Shown here: positions 45,451 through 59,729 of the stretch, in pieces | Layout of the letters: every line of letters starts with the position of its first letter | How positions within the stretch are numbered: the first letter of the stretch is position 1 | Position numbers and translations under genes: made by a program | The notes under the pieces: model-generated | Told to the model about the DNA's origin: nothing | The model's database searches: none | Seen by the model: the letters and a program-made list of their open reading frames with translations, nothing else | NCBI RefSeq assembly: GCF_009914755.1 | Contig: NC_060935.1 | Reading direction: 5' to 3' (one strand) | DNA: 64,000 bases | Source of the DNA: the human T2T-CHM13v2.0 reference genome, Homo sapiens

Positions 45451-46919
45451 AGTTCATCACAATCTATTAATCCTATACAACTGCTACATATTAACATGAA
45501 TGTTACATGCTAATGTTGTTCCACCATTATGGAAGGGGTAAGAATTTTTCCCATAAATCATCAGAAAAGGGTCACGACTACACTGGAAACAACAAACCAC
45601 TTAAGGATTAAGCCAGATCACCTTCAATTAGACTAAAATTTTATTATATCTATCTTTGGTCTTGAAGCCGCAGGGTTACTCAAGATCACATAAGGCATCA
45701 CAATTATTCAAGCTATTGTTGTTCATATACAGAATATTCACACTCTCTAAAGATATGCAAAAATAAGGCAATAAAGACTGGACAATAAAAAATTAATAGT
45801 GATTTATTCTGTTTTTAAAATGGACTTTGATAGATGTAAGATAAATTTATTTTGTACTTGACAACACCATAGACATTAAAGAATTGAAATTGCGATCCAT
45901 TATGGAAAAAGGAAAAGGAAAAAGAAAATTTCTGACGTAATCCAACAGATTACTCTTTAAATATTAATCTAGCCCAACAAATCTTGAAATGCTATGCTAA
46001 GAATATGCCAAGAAGTCATCTAGGAAAATCTTAGGGAGGAAAAGTTCTGTCTAACTCTTAGCACCTCCATTTCACTATTCTAACAGCACATGACTCCACT
46101 TATTGGAGAAACATTTATAGCACTTGAACATGGCAGTGTCTGTCATACAAAGAGAAAATATCTATTTACTAAGTAGTAAAATCAGTATGTTTCTCTCCCT
46201 TGCTACTGGAGAAATAAGAGAGGTATCATAGGTATCTATTCTCTTGGTTTTCAAAACAACACTATCCTTTCTCTGTCCTAGCTAAATAGCTATGCCAATC
46301 CATGATTTCCCTTCTCCCTCTATGATGTCTGTTGGTTCCTGAAACTTATGAAGGTGAGTCACTGCTCATACTGTTAAATTGGTATAGTTTATATCTCTCC
46401 ACACTTTGATGTGAATGGAGGTAGGAACCCACAATAAGTTCTAACAGGTCCCTAGCACCAAAAATTTCCCCTCAATCACACTAAAAGGGACATTGAAACA
46501 GGGTTTAAAAGCTTTTATAGAACAAATGCCTGCTTATTCACACTGTAAGGCCAATTACTGGTATTTGCAGGCATATGGGGAAAAAGAGAAAGGAATGCAA
46601 AGGGCTTTCCAAAAAGCCATTTTCCTTGGATCCTCACATTCCTTCCCCATTTTTAATGCCAAAATTCAAGATTTACCCCCTCTGTAGGCCTACAGAACCC
46701 TCAGCTTTCTTTACATGGCTGAGTTATAACAATCAAAACTAAGCACCTAGCAATGTATCTTTAATTTTCAGTGAAGCAAAACTGGACAGTTATTAGCTAC
46801 GACGAGAAAATTTACAATTTTCAATACAAAATATCTAACAGATATTTCTGATCCATGCCAACAAGAGAATGAACAATTGTTCCTGTGGGTAAGGTGCTGA
46901 GATATGTTGAACAAACAGC

Positions 46920-47170
46920 AACAATACTAATTAAACAATGGGACAACTCATTTATGGAAGACATTGTTCTAATCATTTTATGTGTATTTTTTCCACTTTA
47001 TCTTTACAACAACCTATGAGATTAATATAATCATTATCCTCATTTTATAGATAAGTATTCTGCTGGCTCAAAGTAGTTGAGCAACTTGTCAAAAGTCATA
47101 CCACGCAGCTGAGATTTTAACCTAGGCACTCTGCTCCAGAGCCTGCACTCTTAAGTATCATGTTATACCA
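46920..47170 (-). mobile_element. MIR
   Basis: ttacaacaacctatgag...tatcctcattttatagataag...caacttgtcaaaagtcatac...ctccagagcctgcactcttaa. Confidence 0.7.
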
Positions 47171-47721
47171 AATGTCCTCTCAACAGGACTGCTTTGAAGA
47201 CACTGCTTCTATGTGTTTATGTGTGTGCATATCCATAAACACAATATAAATAAGTACACACACACACCCCCAGTAAATCTGGAGAACCAAACTTCGTAGA
47301 CATATTACAAAGTACTTTAGTAATCACCTTTCTAGTCCCTCAGTTTACCACCATGGATCCACCACCAGATAGAATATCTTGGGTAGCATAAATTATGTTC
47401 AACCAATAAATTCCTTTAAAACGGGTAACAACAACAACAAAAGGAGTTGAACTGCACTATTATAAAATAACCTTCAGACCTTGTAGCTAAAAACAAAAGA
47501 AATCTAATTTGTGATTTTAAGATCAAATTCAAGCCATGACTGGTCAACATTAAATGAACTTTTGGTTTTTTATTTATCTGTGTTTTTTGTTTTGTTTTTA
47601 CTAAGACAATAACCTGGACATTTTCAGGAAAAAAAAAATATATATATGTGTATCCCTGAAGTTACTAGGCTAAGACTTTTACTAAAGAAGCAGTGGAATT
47701 TTTCTGCTTTTGAGTATATGA

Positions 47722-48039
<318 letters not shown>

Positions 48040-48259
48040 CTCAATTTCAGCTTTAATATTAGAAATTTAAATGAGAAAAAGAAGAGCAAAATAGGCATTC
48101 TAGAATTAATATATTCAAAGATGACCGTACTTGAGGGACTAGGAGGGAAGATAACTATTTCTAGTACTGTAATATCTTACAATTAAATTATCAAATTATT
48201 TAACAGCAAATGTAACATAAATGTAAAAATCAATGTGACAAAAAAGAAAAGTAACATTA

Positions 48260-48397
<138 letters not shown>

Positions 48398-48542
48398 TCA
48401 TTATTATAGGACACTAAAAACTACAAATACTCATTCTATTCTTACTTATTTCTAAATGAATATTTGGTAAATAAGTTAATAAACTGATTAAACATTTTCA
48501 AGTTTTAAAAAACATGTGAGTATGCATCATCTAAACATTATG

Positions 48543-48872
48543 CAGTAGGACCTCCATATCCATGGGTTTTGCATCTGCAGGAGACACCCAACCATGAATT
48601 GAAAATATTTGGGATGAAAAAAACAATAAAATTAACAATGCAACAATTTAAAAATGCAAATCTTAAAAATACAGTATAACAAATATTTCCATACCATTTT
48701 CATTGTATTAGGTATTATAAGTAATTAAGAAATTATTTAGAGTATATAGGAAAATATGCATAGGTTATATGCAAATACTACACCATTTTATATAAGGAAC
48801 TTGAGCATCCATGGATTTTAGTATCCGTGAGGGTTCTGGAACAAATCCCCTGCAAATACCCAGGGATGACTA
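48543..48872 (-). mobile_element. MER2 (TcMar-Tigger MITE)
   Basis: ggttatatgcaaatactacaccattttatataaggaacttgagcatccatggatttt; degenerate TIRs cagtaggacctcc / cagggatgacta. Confidence 0.85.
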
Positions 48873-48908
48873 TACAGAAATAACAGGCAATCTCTATTCT
48901 ATAAACAC

Positions 48909-49198
48909 TTTTTTTTGAGGCAGAGTCTTGCTCTGTTGTCTAGGCTGGAGTGCAGTTGTATGATCTTGGTTCACTGAAACCTCCGCTTCCCGAGTTCAAG
49001 CGATTCTCCTGGCTCAGCCTCCCGAGTAGCTGGGATTACAGGCACCCACCACCATGCCCAGGTAATTTTTGTACTTTTAGTAGAGATGGGGTTTCACTAT
49101 GTTGGCCAGACTGGTCTTGAACTCCTGACCTCAAGTGGTCCACCTGCCCTGGCCTCCCAAAGTGCTGGGATTACAGGTGTGAGCCACTGCACCTGGCC
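48909..49198 (-). mobile_element. AluSx/Sz
   Basis: Reverse dimer; TSD-like tattctataa / tattctgtaa. Confidence 0.9.
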
Positions 49199-49480
49199 AT
49201 TATTCTGTAAGACTGACTGATACGTATGAAAAGCTAAAAAACACTAGCCAGAGGCATTGAAATCTAGTCTCTACCACGTTATGGGAGTAACTGCCCTTTG
49301 TGCCCCAATAAGGAAATTAATCCCAAATTGAAATTTAAGAAGAACTTTTCTATGGAGATGAAATAATTTCAAGTAACAAATGAAATGGCACTGCTAGCAC
49401 TAAGTTTCAGTTATGGGCTATAAATACTGTTACTGGTTAAAGTTTCTGAGGCTGGCCTGGGAACTTGACCATTGTTTAGG

Positions 49481-49686
49481 CAGGGTTTCCCAACATCAGC
49501 ACTACTGACATTTGCAGATGGATACTTCTTTGGGGGAATGGGGATTGTCCTGTGCATTGTAGGATGTTTAGCAGTATTCCTAGTCTCAATTCCTAGATTC
49601 CAGTAGCACCCTCTACCACCAGCAAGATGTTACAATGAAAAATGTCCCCAGATGTTGACAAACGTTCCCTGGGTTGAAGACCACAG
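49481..49686. mobile_element. MER20 (hAT-Charlie)
   Basis: cagggtttcccaacatcagcactactgacattt...tgtcctgtgcattgtaggatgtttagcag...ggttgaagaccacag. Confidence 0.85.
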
Positions 49687-50781
49687 ATCTCTATCACTGT
49701 TGTTATAAAATTATCCTGTGACACCGAAGAAGGAATCAACTTCCCATTGAACTTTGGGGATGTAATTTGTGAGTAAACTGGGGATGGAAGGTACATGTTA
49801 AATCTAAACTAATTCTTGCTATAGTTTTTTAAGATCTTCATGTTCCTTGCATATTCTACATGTTGTCCTAGTTCATATGAAATGAAGGCAACAATATTCT
49901 GATTATTTGTTTTGTATACCTAACTTGAGGAAGTCTTCACAACGAATTCATTTTGTTAATATACTGTAAAAATCATCCACTATGATTTCTCAACCTCATC
50001 TCTATGAATGCAACTTCTCCCTTGCCCCTCACCTAAACTGCAATCAATTTACGGCCAAATTTTTATGTTTAAAATATAAATGGAAAGTGACATTCACTTT
50101 ACTGACCAACTCAGAACTGTATTCTGAAACGAGGTCAAACCAAAATCCATTTGAAAAAGACAAAATAAAAATATTCTCAATTAAAATGAATAATTGCTGC
50201 AGTACAGTAACTTATCTATCTCTTGTTATAGGGGAATGAAGGATTTTGTTAAGAGTAAACCAACTTTTTATCATAGGCACTCATTCTTCAAAATCCACCT
50301 CAAGCATCATCACTTACGACATCCCAAGCAGGGTTAATGAAACAAATTGCTAGGTGTTGGAGGTACACAAATGAAAAAGACATAGTCCCTATCCTAAAGG
50401 AACTCATAATCAATTCGGGGAAACAAACAAATGAACTGATAATTTCAGTTATGTTATCGTAAGCTCAATGATAGAAAGACCATACAAAACTTTCTGGAAG
50501 AAATGACAGCAAGCTTACTTCCTTTCAGTAACCAACTTGTTTCCCCAAGCACCTGGCATACTGAATTCCTGGCATATAGTCTATACTGAGTAAAATGTTT
50601 ACTTTAATAAATTCATTGGTACTGACTGAAATTGTTTTAAGTTTATTCCTCCCTTCTTTTTAAAGAGATAAATTAATGTACTTATTCTATCATGTTTAAT
50701 CACATCCCTACATTGTTTTTTCAGTTCTGAAAGCCATACTAATGTATTTTACGTTCAAGAAATATTTATCATATTAATTAT

Positions 50782-51065
50782 TTTTTGGACAGGGTCTCAC
50801 TCTGTTGCCCAGACTGGAGTTCAGTGGCACAATCATCGCTCACCGCAGCCTTGACCTCCCAGACTCAAGCGATCCTCCTACCTCAGCCTCCAAGTAGCTG
50901 GGACTGCAGGTGCAGACCACCACAACCAGCTAATTTTCATATTTTTTGTAGAGACCGGGTTTCGCCACATTGCCCAAGTTGGTCTTGAACTTCTGGACTC
51001 AAGCAATCCACCCGCCTCAGCCTCCCAAAGTGCTAGGATTATAGCGTAAGCCACCGTACCCAGCC
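50782..51065 (-). mobile_element. AluJ
   Basis: atcatcgctcaccgcagccttgacctcccagactcaagcgatcc. Confidence 0.88.
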
Positions 51066-51221
51066 CAATCATATTATCTTTTACTAATTATAAAAGTAAT
51101 GTTAAGTGCAGAAAGGATTTTAAATACATAAAAATATAAAGAAGAAAGCACCCATAATCCCACACCTGGAGACAATTATTATTAACATTTTGGACTATCC
51201 ATTTATTCCTAGGTTTCTTGC

Positions 51222-51226
<5 letters not shown>

Positions 51227-51267
<41 letters not shown>
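51227..51267 (+). repeat. (TA)n(T)n simple repeat in an old L1ME-like 3' end
   Basis: Direct reading. Confidence 0.9.
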
Positions 51268-51668
51268 CCTACAAAATGAATACCACACTGAACCTAACTT
51301 TATACACTGGCTTATTACTTAATATTTTACAAAGGGCCTTAAATGTTGTTGAACATACATTTTCTAGTTTCTCACTATTATAAATAATACTACAATAAAC
51401 GTCTTTATTTACAAATCTTTAACCTCATCTCACTTCTCCTGAAAAAATACTCTTTTCCAGATTCTACCTCTAGTAAACTGTGGCAGCACTGTAGCATCTG
51501 TCAGCAAATGTCTGAGGCATTCTGACAACATTTCTTCCTTTTACTGAAGCTAGAATTGGTGTGTATCCCTTATAAGAAAAGAACCTAAATGGGACCACAC
51601 TACTCTAAGAGGCACTTTGATAGATAGATTGAGTTCTTTCAAACTGGTAGAGGATCTGGAAACAATTA

Positions 51669-53992
51669 CAGTCATACTTGGGAGATACTGCAGGTTTGGT
51701 TCCAGCCCACAGCAATAAAGTGAATATTGCAATAATGTGAGTCACACAAATTTTTTGGTTTCTCAGTGCATGTAAAAGTTATGTTTACACTATACTGTAG
51801 TCTATTAAGTGTGCAACAGCGTTACGCCTAAAAGATGTACATGCTTTAATTTAAAAATGCTTTATTGCTAAAAAATGCTATCAATCATCTGAGGCTTTAG
51901 CAAGTTGTAATCTTTTTGCTGGTAGAATGTCTTGCTTCGATGCTGATGGCTGCTAACTGATCAGGGTGGTGGCTGCGGCAATTATTGAAAACGAGACAAC
52001 AGTGAAGTTTGCCATATCGATTGACACTTTCTTTCACAAAAAATTTATCCATAGCATGCAATGCTGTTTGATGTTATTTTACCCACAGCACAACTTCTCT
52101 CAAAAATTGAAATCATTCCTCTCAAACCCTGCTGCTGCTTTATCAACTAAATTGATGTAATATCCTAAATCCTTTGTCATTTCAATGAAATTCACAGCAT
52201 CTTCTCCAGAAGTAGATTCCATTTCAAGAAACCATTTTCTTTGTTTATCCATAAGAAGCAAAGCTTCATCTGTTAAAGGTTTTATCGTGAGATTGTAGCA
52301 ATTCAGTCACATCTTCAGGCTCCACTTCTAACACTAGTTATTTTGCTATTTCCACCACATCTACAGTTCCTTTCCCCACTAAAGTCTTGAACCCCTCAAG
52401 GTCATCCATAAGGGTTGGAATCAACTTCTTCTAAGCTCCCGGTTAATAGGTTCATATTTTTACCTCCTCCCATGAATTATGAAGTTATAATGGCATCTAG
52501 AATGGTGAATCATTTCCACAAGGCTTTCAATTTACTTTGCCCAGATTCAATCAGAGGAATCACTACCTATGGCAGCTACAGGCTTATGGAATGTATTTCT
52601 TAAATAGTAAAACTTGAAAGTCAAAATGACTCTTGATCCATGGGCTGCAGAATAGATGTTGTGTTAGCAGGCATGAAAACAACATTAATCTCCTTATACA
52701 TGTCCATCAGAGCTCTTATGTTACCAGGTGCACTGTCAATGAGCAGTAATATTTTGAGAGGAATATTTTTATGAGCAGTAGTTCTCAACAGTGGGCTTAA
52801 AATATTCAGTAAACCATGCTATAAATAGATGTGCTGTCATCCAGGCATTGTTGTCCCATTTACAGAGCACAGACAGAGTAGATTTAGCATAATTCTTAAA
52901 GGCACTGGAATTTTCAGAATGGTAAATGAGAAACAGCTTTAATTTGAAATCACCAGCAACATTAGCTGCTAAAAAGACAGTAAGCCTGTTCTTTGAAGCC
53001 AAGCATTTACTTCTGCTCTCCAGCTATGAAAATCCTAGATGGCATCTTCTTCCAATACAGCCTGTTTCGTCTACACTGTTACTGTAGTGTGGCTGCCCTC
53101 ATCATCTTAGCTAGATCTTCTGCATAACTTGCAGCAGCTTCTACATAAGCACTTGCTGCTTCACCTTGCACTTTCATGTTATAGAGACAGCTTCTTTTCT
53201 TAAACCTCATGAACCAACCTCCAGCTTCAAACTTCTTTTGCAACTTTCTCAGCCTACACAGATTTGAAGAGAGTTAGGGCCTTGTGCTGAGGATTAGGCT
53301 TTGTCTTAAGAAAATGTTGTGGCTAATTTCATCTATCCAAACCACTCAGACTCCATATCAGTAATAATGCTGTCTCATTTTCTTATTATCTGCATTCACA
53401 ACTTGGCTGTTTGGTACAAGAGGCCCAGCTTTTGACTTATCTTGGCCTTTGACATGTCTTCCTTACTAAACATAATCATTTCTAGATTTTGATTTGAAGT
53501 GAGAGACATGCAATTCTTCCTTTCACTTGACCACTTAAAGGCCATTGTAAAGTCATCAACTAACCCAATTTCAATACTGGCGTGCCTCAAGGAATAGAGA
53601 GGCCTGAGGAGAGGGAGAGAGATGATGGAATGGCTGGTCAGTGGTGCAGTCAGAATACATAAATCATTTATGGATTAAATTTGCCACCTTTCATGGGTGT
53701 AGTCTGTGGCATGCCAAAACAAAACAGTAATATCAAAGATCACTGATCACATATCACCAAAATACATATAATGGAAAAGCTTGAAAACTTGTGAGATTAC
53801 CAAAATGCGACACAGAGACACAAAATGAGCCCAAGCTGTTGGCAAAATGGAGCTGACAGACTTGTTCAACATTGGGTTGCCACAAATCTTCAATTTGTTA
53901 AAACAAACAAACAAACCCACCCATAATATCTGTAAGGCACAATAAACAAATAATAAATAATAAGCAAAGAACAATAAACCAAAGTATGTCTG
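51669..53992 (-). mobile_element. Near full-length Tigger1 DNA transposon (2324 bp), transposase fragmented
   Basis: TIR-like ends ta|cagtcatacttgg and aaagtatgtctg. Transposase peptides MAFKWSSERKNCMSLTSNQNLEMI (53396-53590) and [21 protein letters not shown]...AWMTAHLF (52769-53002). Confidence 0.92.
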
Positions 53993-54037
53993 TCTATAAA
54001 AAGGAGATTTAGTCAGAAAATTTGAAGCAAAAAGTAA

Positions 54038-54450
54038 AGCCAGGTGCACTGGCTCACACCTGTAATCCCAGGGATTTAGGAGGCCCAGGAGTGAGGAGGC
54101 CAGAAGTTTGAGACCAGCCTGGGCAACATATGGAGACCCCATCTCTACAAAAATTAGCTGGGAATGGTGGTACAAACCTGTAGTCCCAGCTACTCAAGAC
54201 TCAACTGGAACCCTTGTGCATGTTGATGGCAATGTCAAATGGTGTACCTACTATGGAAAATATGGAATATGGAGGTATGGAGTATGAAGGCTTCTCAAAA
54301 AATTAAAAATAGAACTATCATATGTTCCAACAATCCCACTTCTGGGTATATTTCCAAAGGAATTAAAAGCAGGATGTTGGTCAGGCATAGGGGCATGCTA
54401 TTGTAATCCCAGCAATTTGGGAGGCTAAGGCAGGAAGACTGCTTGAGCTG
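54038..54450 (+). mobile_element. Partial AluJ (54038-54200), L1M fragment (~54205-54375) and Alu monomer fragment (~54379-54450)
   Basis: Recognisable Alu left arms around aaaatagaactatcatatgttccaacaatcccacttctgggtatat. Confidence 0.7.
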
Positions 54451-54509
54451 AAAAATTAACATTTATCTGCGTTTTGATTGTGACCTATCATGGGAGGTTT
54501 TATATACAT

Positions 54510-54710
54510 ATGAAACAGGGTTAAGAATATGGACTCAGGATCCAGGTTACCTATACTCTAGTCCAGTTCCACCATTCCATCCTGGGAAAATTACATTACT
54601 TCTCTGTGCTTCATTTTCCCCCATATAAAAAATGAAGATACTATTACCTAACTCTTAGAGCTCTTGTGAGGAAGAATTTAAGTTAATGTGCATGTAAAAT
54701 ATATACCAGT
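54510..54710 (+). mobile_element. MIR
   Basis: ggttaagaatatggactcagga...acttctctgtgcttcattttcccc...ttgtgagga. Confidence 0.65.
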
Positions 54711-56117
54711 ATGAGTAGGTGCATGTTTCTCAGAACAGCACTCCAACCTGAACATAATAGTTGAGATTACTGAGCCGGTCTGAATAACATAGTGTAGAGA
54801 AGAAAACTATTATTGTTCTAGACAATTATGTTATTAACAATGAAGAATGGTGTTATTTAAGGTCTCTTGGTGGCCACAAGACTCTTGATTTACTGGAGTT
54901 ACTTTTGAATGAAACATGTAAATCCCTTTTTAAAACATGTTTAATGCTGTTCTGTACCTGTACAAAAGATTTTTCAGACTCAAGTTTTATCCCTGTTAAA
55001 TTTCTTTAGTCAGCTCAGTACATGCATTTTTTGGATCCTATGTCAGTTACCCAGTGTATTTATATCCATTTTTTATTTAATTAACTTACTTTTTTTAGTT
55101 ACAGATATATACTACAAAATGCAACCATTTTAAATTAACAGTCTGATATATATTGACAAACTCTCAATAAAAACAATTGCAGTAGAATAAAAACAAAAAT
55201 GGAGAAAATGGAAATTAATTATGTTATATTAAAATATTGCTTAAGGAGTTCCTCCAGAAAATATTTCCCGAAAAAAAATTCATCAATATTGGCATAAGTC
55301 CAATTATAATTTCCCGATAATAATCAAAATTTCCTGAGGATAAAAGTCTTGGTCAAAACATGCTATATACACATTACTGACACTGGCACCAGTGCTTCTA
55401 TTCCATTCTCTCCCAAAACAATCTGCTTGGAACTTCAGCATTGTACCTAGCACCTGTTCTTCTCTCTTCTTCATTAAGAATATCATCTCAGAAGAAATGG
55501 CTAAAGCAAACGCACAGCACTAGAAAATCAGACTTTTGGGTACATGTATTGATTTACTCATTTTAATAGAATAGAAGCTGATCTAAAGATATCTGTCCAA
55601 AGACAGAACTAAGATGAAGGCCATATTCAACTTGCAAGTTCCAAGTATCCCATTTGTGATTTGGAAAATCTGCTTTTGAGCAAATGATTTTTTTAAAATG
55701 TTATTTTCATGTTCTCTAGAAGACCTGTGTTATAATGCCAAGACAGCCAGAAAATCAAAGTTCACCAGAATAAGTAGATCTAATTGTGCCAGTATAGACC
55801 AACTTTCAAAAGATAAGGAAAATAAAAGCTGCTCATTCACTGAAAAGAAAGCATGCAGGAAATCATTCTACAAAAGGCTTTCATATTTGATCCATTTAGC
55901 ATTTAATGAGAGAAGTCTGTTTGTTTCAACTGACATAAGCCTTTTTTGTGGTTATTTAAAAATTTAGGTAGGAATGTAATGTGATTTTCTGATTTTCCAG
56001 TACAATCTCCTATTATTCAAAAGGTTTATTTGGAACATACAAGCTATTTTTCCCAGACTTAAACTTAGGAAAGAGTCCATAGGCTTTTACAGAAGTGAAA
56101 AAGAATGCATTTTTACT

Positions 56118-56272
56118 GACTCACGCCTGTAATCCCAGCACTTTGGGAGGCCAAGGCGGGCAGATCACTTGAGGTCAGGAGTTCGAGACCAGCCTGGCCA
56201 ACATGGTGAAACCCCATCTCTACTAAAAATACAATCACTGGGTGACAGAACGAGACTTCATCTCAAATAAAA
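56118..56272 (+). mobile_element. AluS with most of the right arm deleted
   Basis: Left arm joins directly to ctgggtgacagaacgagact; TSD aatgcattttta on both sides. Confidence 0.85.
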
Positions 56273-56894
56273 AAATGCATTTTTAAGTTGAAGAGAATAC
56301 ATAACGAACAAGGTATGTCATTAAAAATAATAAATAAACAGCAGCTACACAGCTTTAATCCTTATAAACTCACAGTTCACTGAGAATGTATAAATCCAGC
56401 AATTTAGAGAATGTCAAGATTAAGAAAAACTGAGAAATGAATACAAACTGAAATTAAAACTAAACATATGATCTAGCACTTTCATGAAATTCTTCAGAAT
56501 GCATCATTTTACTGAATTAAAATGTCTTCTTTAACAGCAATGAAGAAAGAATGATTGGCAGTCTGGAATGCTGTGAAAACTATATGGTTGTACATCAACA
56601 TTTAAGAAAAGAAAGTCTTATCAAGTCCCTTCTCCAAATATGCATTGAATGTGTTCCCACCCCCAGCATCATTCACAATCACTCTAGTAGTTCAAACTCT
56701 CATCATCTTCATCTGGGTAACAGCAGCAGCCTCATCATCTCCCTGCTTCCTGTTTCACTTCACTCCGAGTCATGTTCAAGTTTCCGGCAGTCTAGAAATA
56801 AGCTCTGCAAAATCAAAGTTCTTCACACTAATTTCTCTGATCAAAATAATTCAGTAATTCTCCCACTAGCTATATAATAAAATAGTCCAAAACT

Positions 56895-57306
<412 letters not shown>

Positions 57307-58745
57307 TCAGACACCTGACATCAGGCAATAGAGGACAGTGAACCCAGAGAGAAAGAAAACAAATTATGTGAGCCCTATAATTGCCCCAGCTTACTTCTTG
57401 GTAAGAGTTTCCATGCAGGATCTAGATGTTTAGCTGGGGTGGGGGGGTGAGAGGGGGGTGCAGTTTCTAGACTGCAGTTCAATCAAGGAAAATCCAGAAG
57501 TCCTGGTAAAACTGAAGCAATTGAGGTGGGAATCTAGGGAACCCAAAGAGGTTAGGGTTCACAGAGTATCAAAGAGAAGAGAGATTAACAGGGAGAAAGA
57601 AGTTCAGAGACCTGCAGAAGGCTGAATGAAGCACACGAAAGGAACAGAAAGGACAATCCCTAGAAATCACACAAGGCCAGGGACTGTTTTTGTTCCCAAC
57701 AGCCAAGAGGAAAAAACGAAAAAACTTGCATAATTCACTAGGCATCAGGCAGAGAACCCAGAGGGTATTATTGCCTCAGTGTGAAAAATTAACCCTAGAT
57801 AAAATGTTGCTGTAGATCTACCTAACAAAGCTGGGAAACGAGCCTCAAAAAGATCAAACTATTTCCAAGTGACTTAATTACATCTCAGAACGAAGTTCAA
57901 GAATATTTACAGGAACACAGAAATATCCAGCAATCAAGAGAGTAAAATTCACAACTCTAACATGCAAACAAAAATCACTAGGCATGAAAAGAAGCAGAAA
58001 AGTATGGGCCACAAGGAGGACAAAAATCAATCAACTGAAATAGACTCCAAAATGATGTAGGTATTAATTAGTAGATAAAGATATTCTAAATTATCATTAT
58101 GTTGCATATTTTCAGTAATATAAATGTAAAAAATATATTGGATATAGCTAATGAATTAGACACTACAAGGAAAAAAAGGTTAATGGTTGTTATATGATAG
58201 AAACTTCCAAAATGAAACAGAGAAACAGACTGGGAAAAAGACAAAAAAACAAAAACAGAGCTGTGCAACAACTTCTAGTGGCCTAATATGCATGTAACAG
58301 GAGTCAGGAGTCCCAGCATGGAATGGAGGGAATGGAGATATATCTGAAGTAATAATGGCCAAATTTAATGAAATTTGACTTTTCCAAATTTGATGAAAAC
58401 TATAAACACACTGATCATAGAAGCTCATCAAATCCCAAACACGAAGAACACACAGAACTCACAAAGGCATATCATAATAAATTACTTAGATATAAAGATA
58501 AATATCTAAAAACAGCTGGAGAAAAAAGATACATTGTGCAGAGTAACAAATATAAGAATGACAGCAGACTTCTCATTATAAACAGTACAAGCTAGAAGAC
58601 AGTGGAGCTACATCTTTAAAATACTGAAAGCAAAAAAAAAAAAAAAAATCAACCAAACGTTTTATACCCAGAGAAAATATCCTTCAAAAAAAAAGCTGAG
58701 TATATCTATATAATCGAATATTATTTGAACTTAAAAAGGAATGAA

Positions 58746-59060
58746 AGCTGGGTGTGGTGACTCACGCCTGTAATATTACCCAGCACTTTGGGAGGCCAAG
58801 GCAGGCAGATCACGAGGTCAAGAGATCGAGACCATCCTGGCCAACATGGTGAAACCTCGTCTCTACTAAAAACACAAAAACTAGCTGGGTGTGGTGGCAG
58901 GCTCCTGTAGTCCCAGCTACTCAGGAGGCTGAGGCAGGAGAATGGCGTGGAGGCAGGAGAATGGCGTGAACCCAGGAGGCGGAGGTTGCAGTGAGCCAAG
59001 ATCATGCCACTACACTCCAGCCTGGGTGACAGAGCAACACTCCATCTCAAAAAAAAAAAA
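58746..59060 (+). mobile_element. AluSc-like with an internal 19-bp tandem duplication
   Basis: ggtcaagagatcgagaccatcctggccaac; (gaggcaggagaatggcgtg)x2 at 58931-58968; TSD aaaaaggaatg. Confidence 0.88.
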
Positions 59061-59313
59061 AGGAATGGAGTACTGATACATGCTACGTATCATGGATAAT
59101 CCTTGAAAACCATATGCTAATTGAAAGAAACCAAACGCAAAAGGCTACATATTGTATGAGTCCATTTATATGAAATGCCCAGAAAAGTCAAATTCAAAGA
59201 GACAGGAAGTAAATTCATGGTTGACAAGGGCTTAAGGGGGTAAAGGGAGTGATTGCTAACGGATATAGGGTTTCTTTGGGGTGATGAAACATTTTAAGTA
59301 AATAGTGGTGATG

Positions 59314-59594
59314 TCGCATGTTCCCACTTGTATGTGGAAGCTGAACAATGACAACACATGGACATAGGGAGGGGAACAATACACACCGCGGCCTGTTGGG
59401 GGGAGGTGGGAGGGGGGAGGCAGAGTATCAGGGTAAAATAGCTAATGCTTGTGGGGTTTAATATGTAGGTGACGGGATGATAGGTGCAGCAAACCACCAC
59501 GGCACATGTTTACCTATTTAACAAACCTACACGTCCTGCACATGTATCCCAGAACTTAAAATAAAATTGAGTTTAAAATAAATAAACAAATAAA
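59314..59594 (+). mobile_element. Short 5'-truncated L1PA 3' end (L1PA8-11-like)
   Basis: gataggtgcagcaaaccaccacggcacatgtttacc; TSD taaatagtggt(g/a)atg 59299-313 / 59595-609. Confidence 0.88.
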
Positions 59595-59729
59595 TAAATA
59601 GTGGTAATGGTCGCACAACTCTTTGAATATACTAAAACCACTGCATTTTACATTTTAAAAGGATGAACTTTACGGTATGTAAATTATATGTCAATAAAGG
59701 ATTTTCTTTAATGAATCTCTGATCAGACA

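Noticed and set aside
52769-53590. TIGD1-like transposase gene
   Set aside because: Short broken fragments inside a Tigger1 fossil; there is no continuous ORF.
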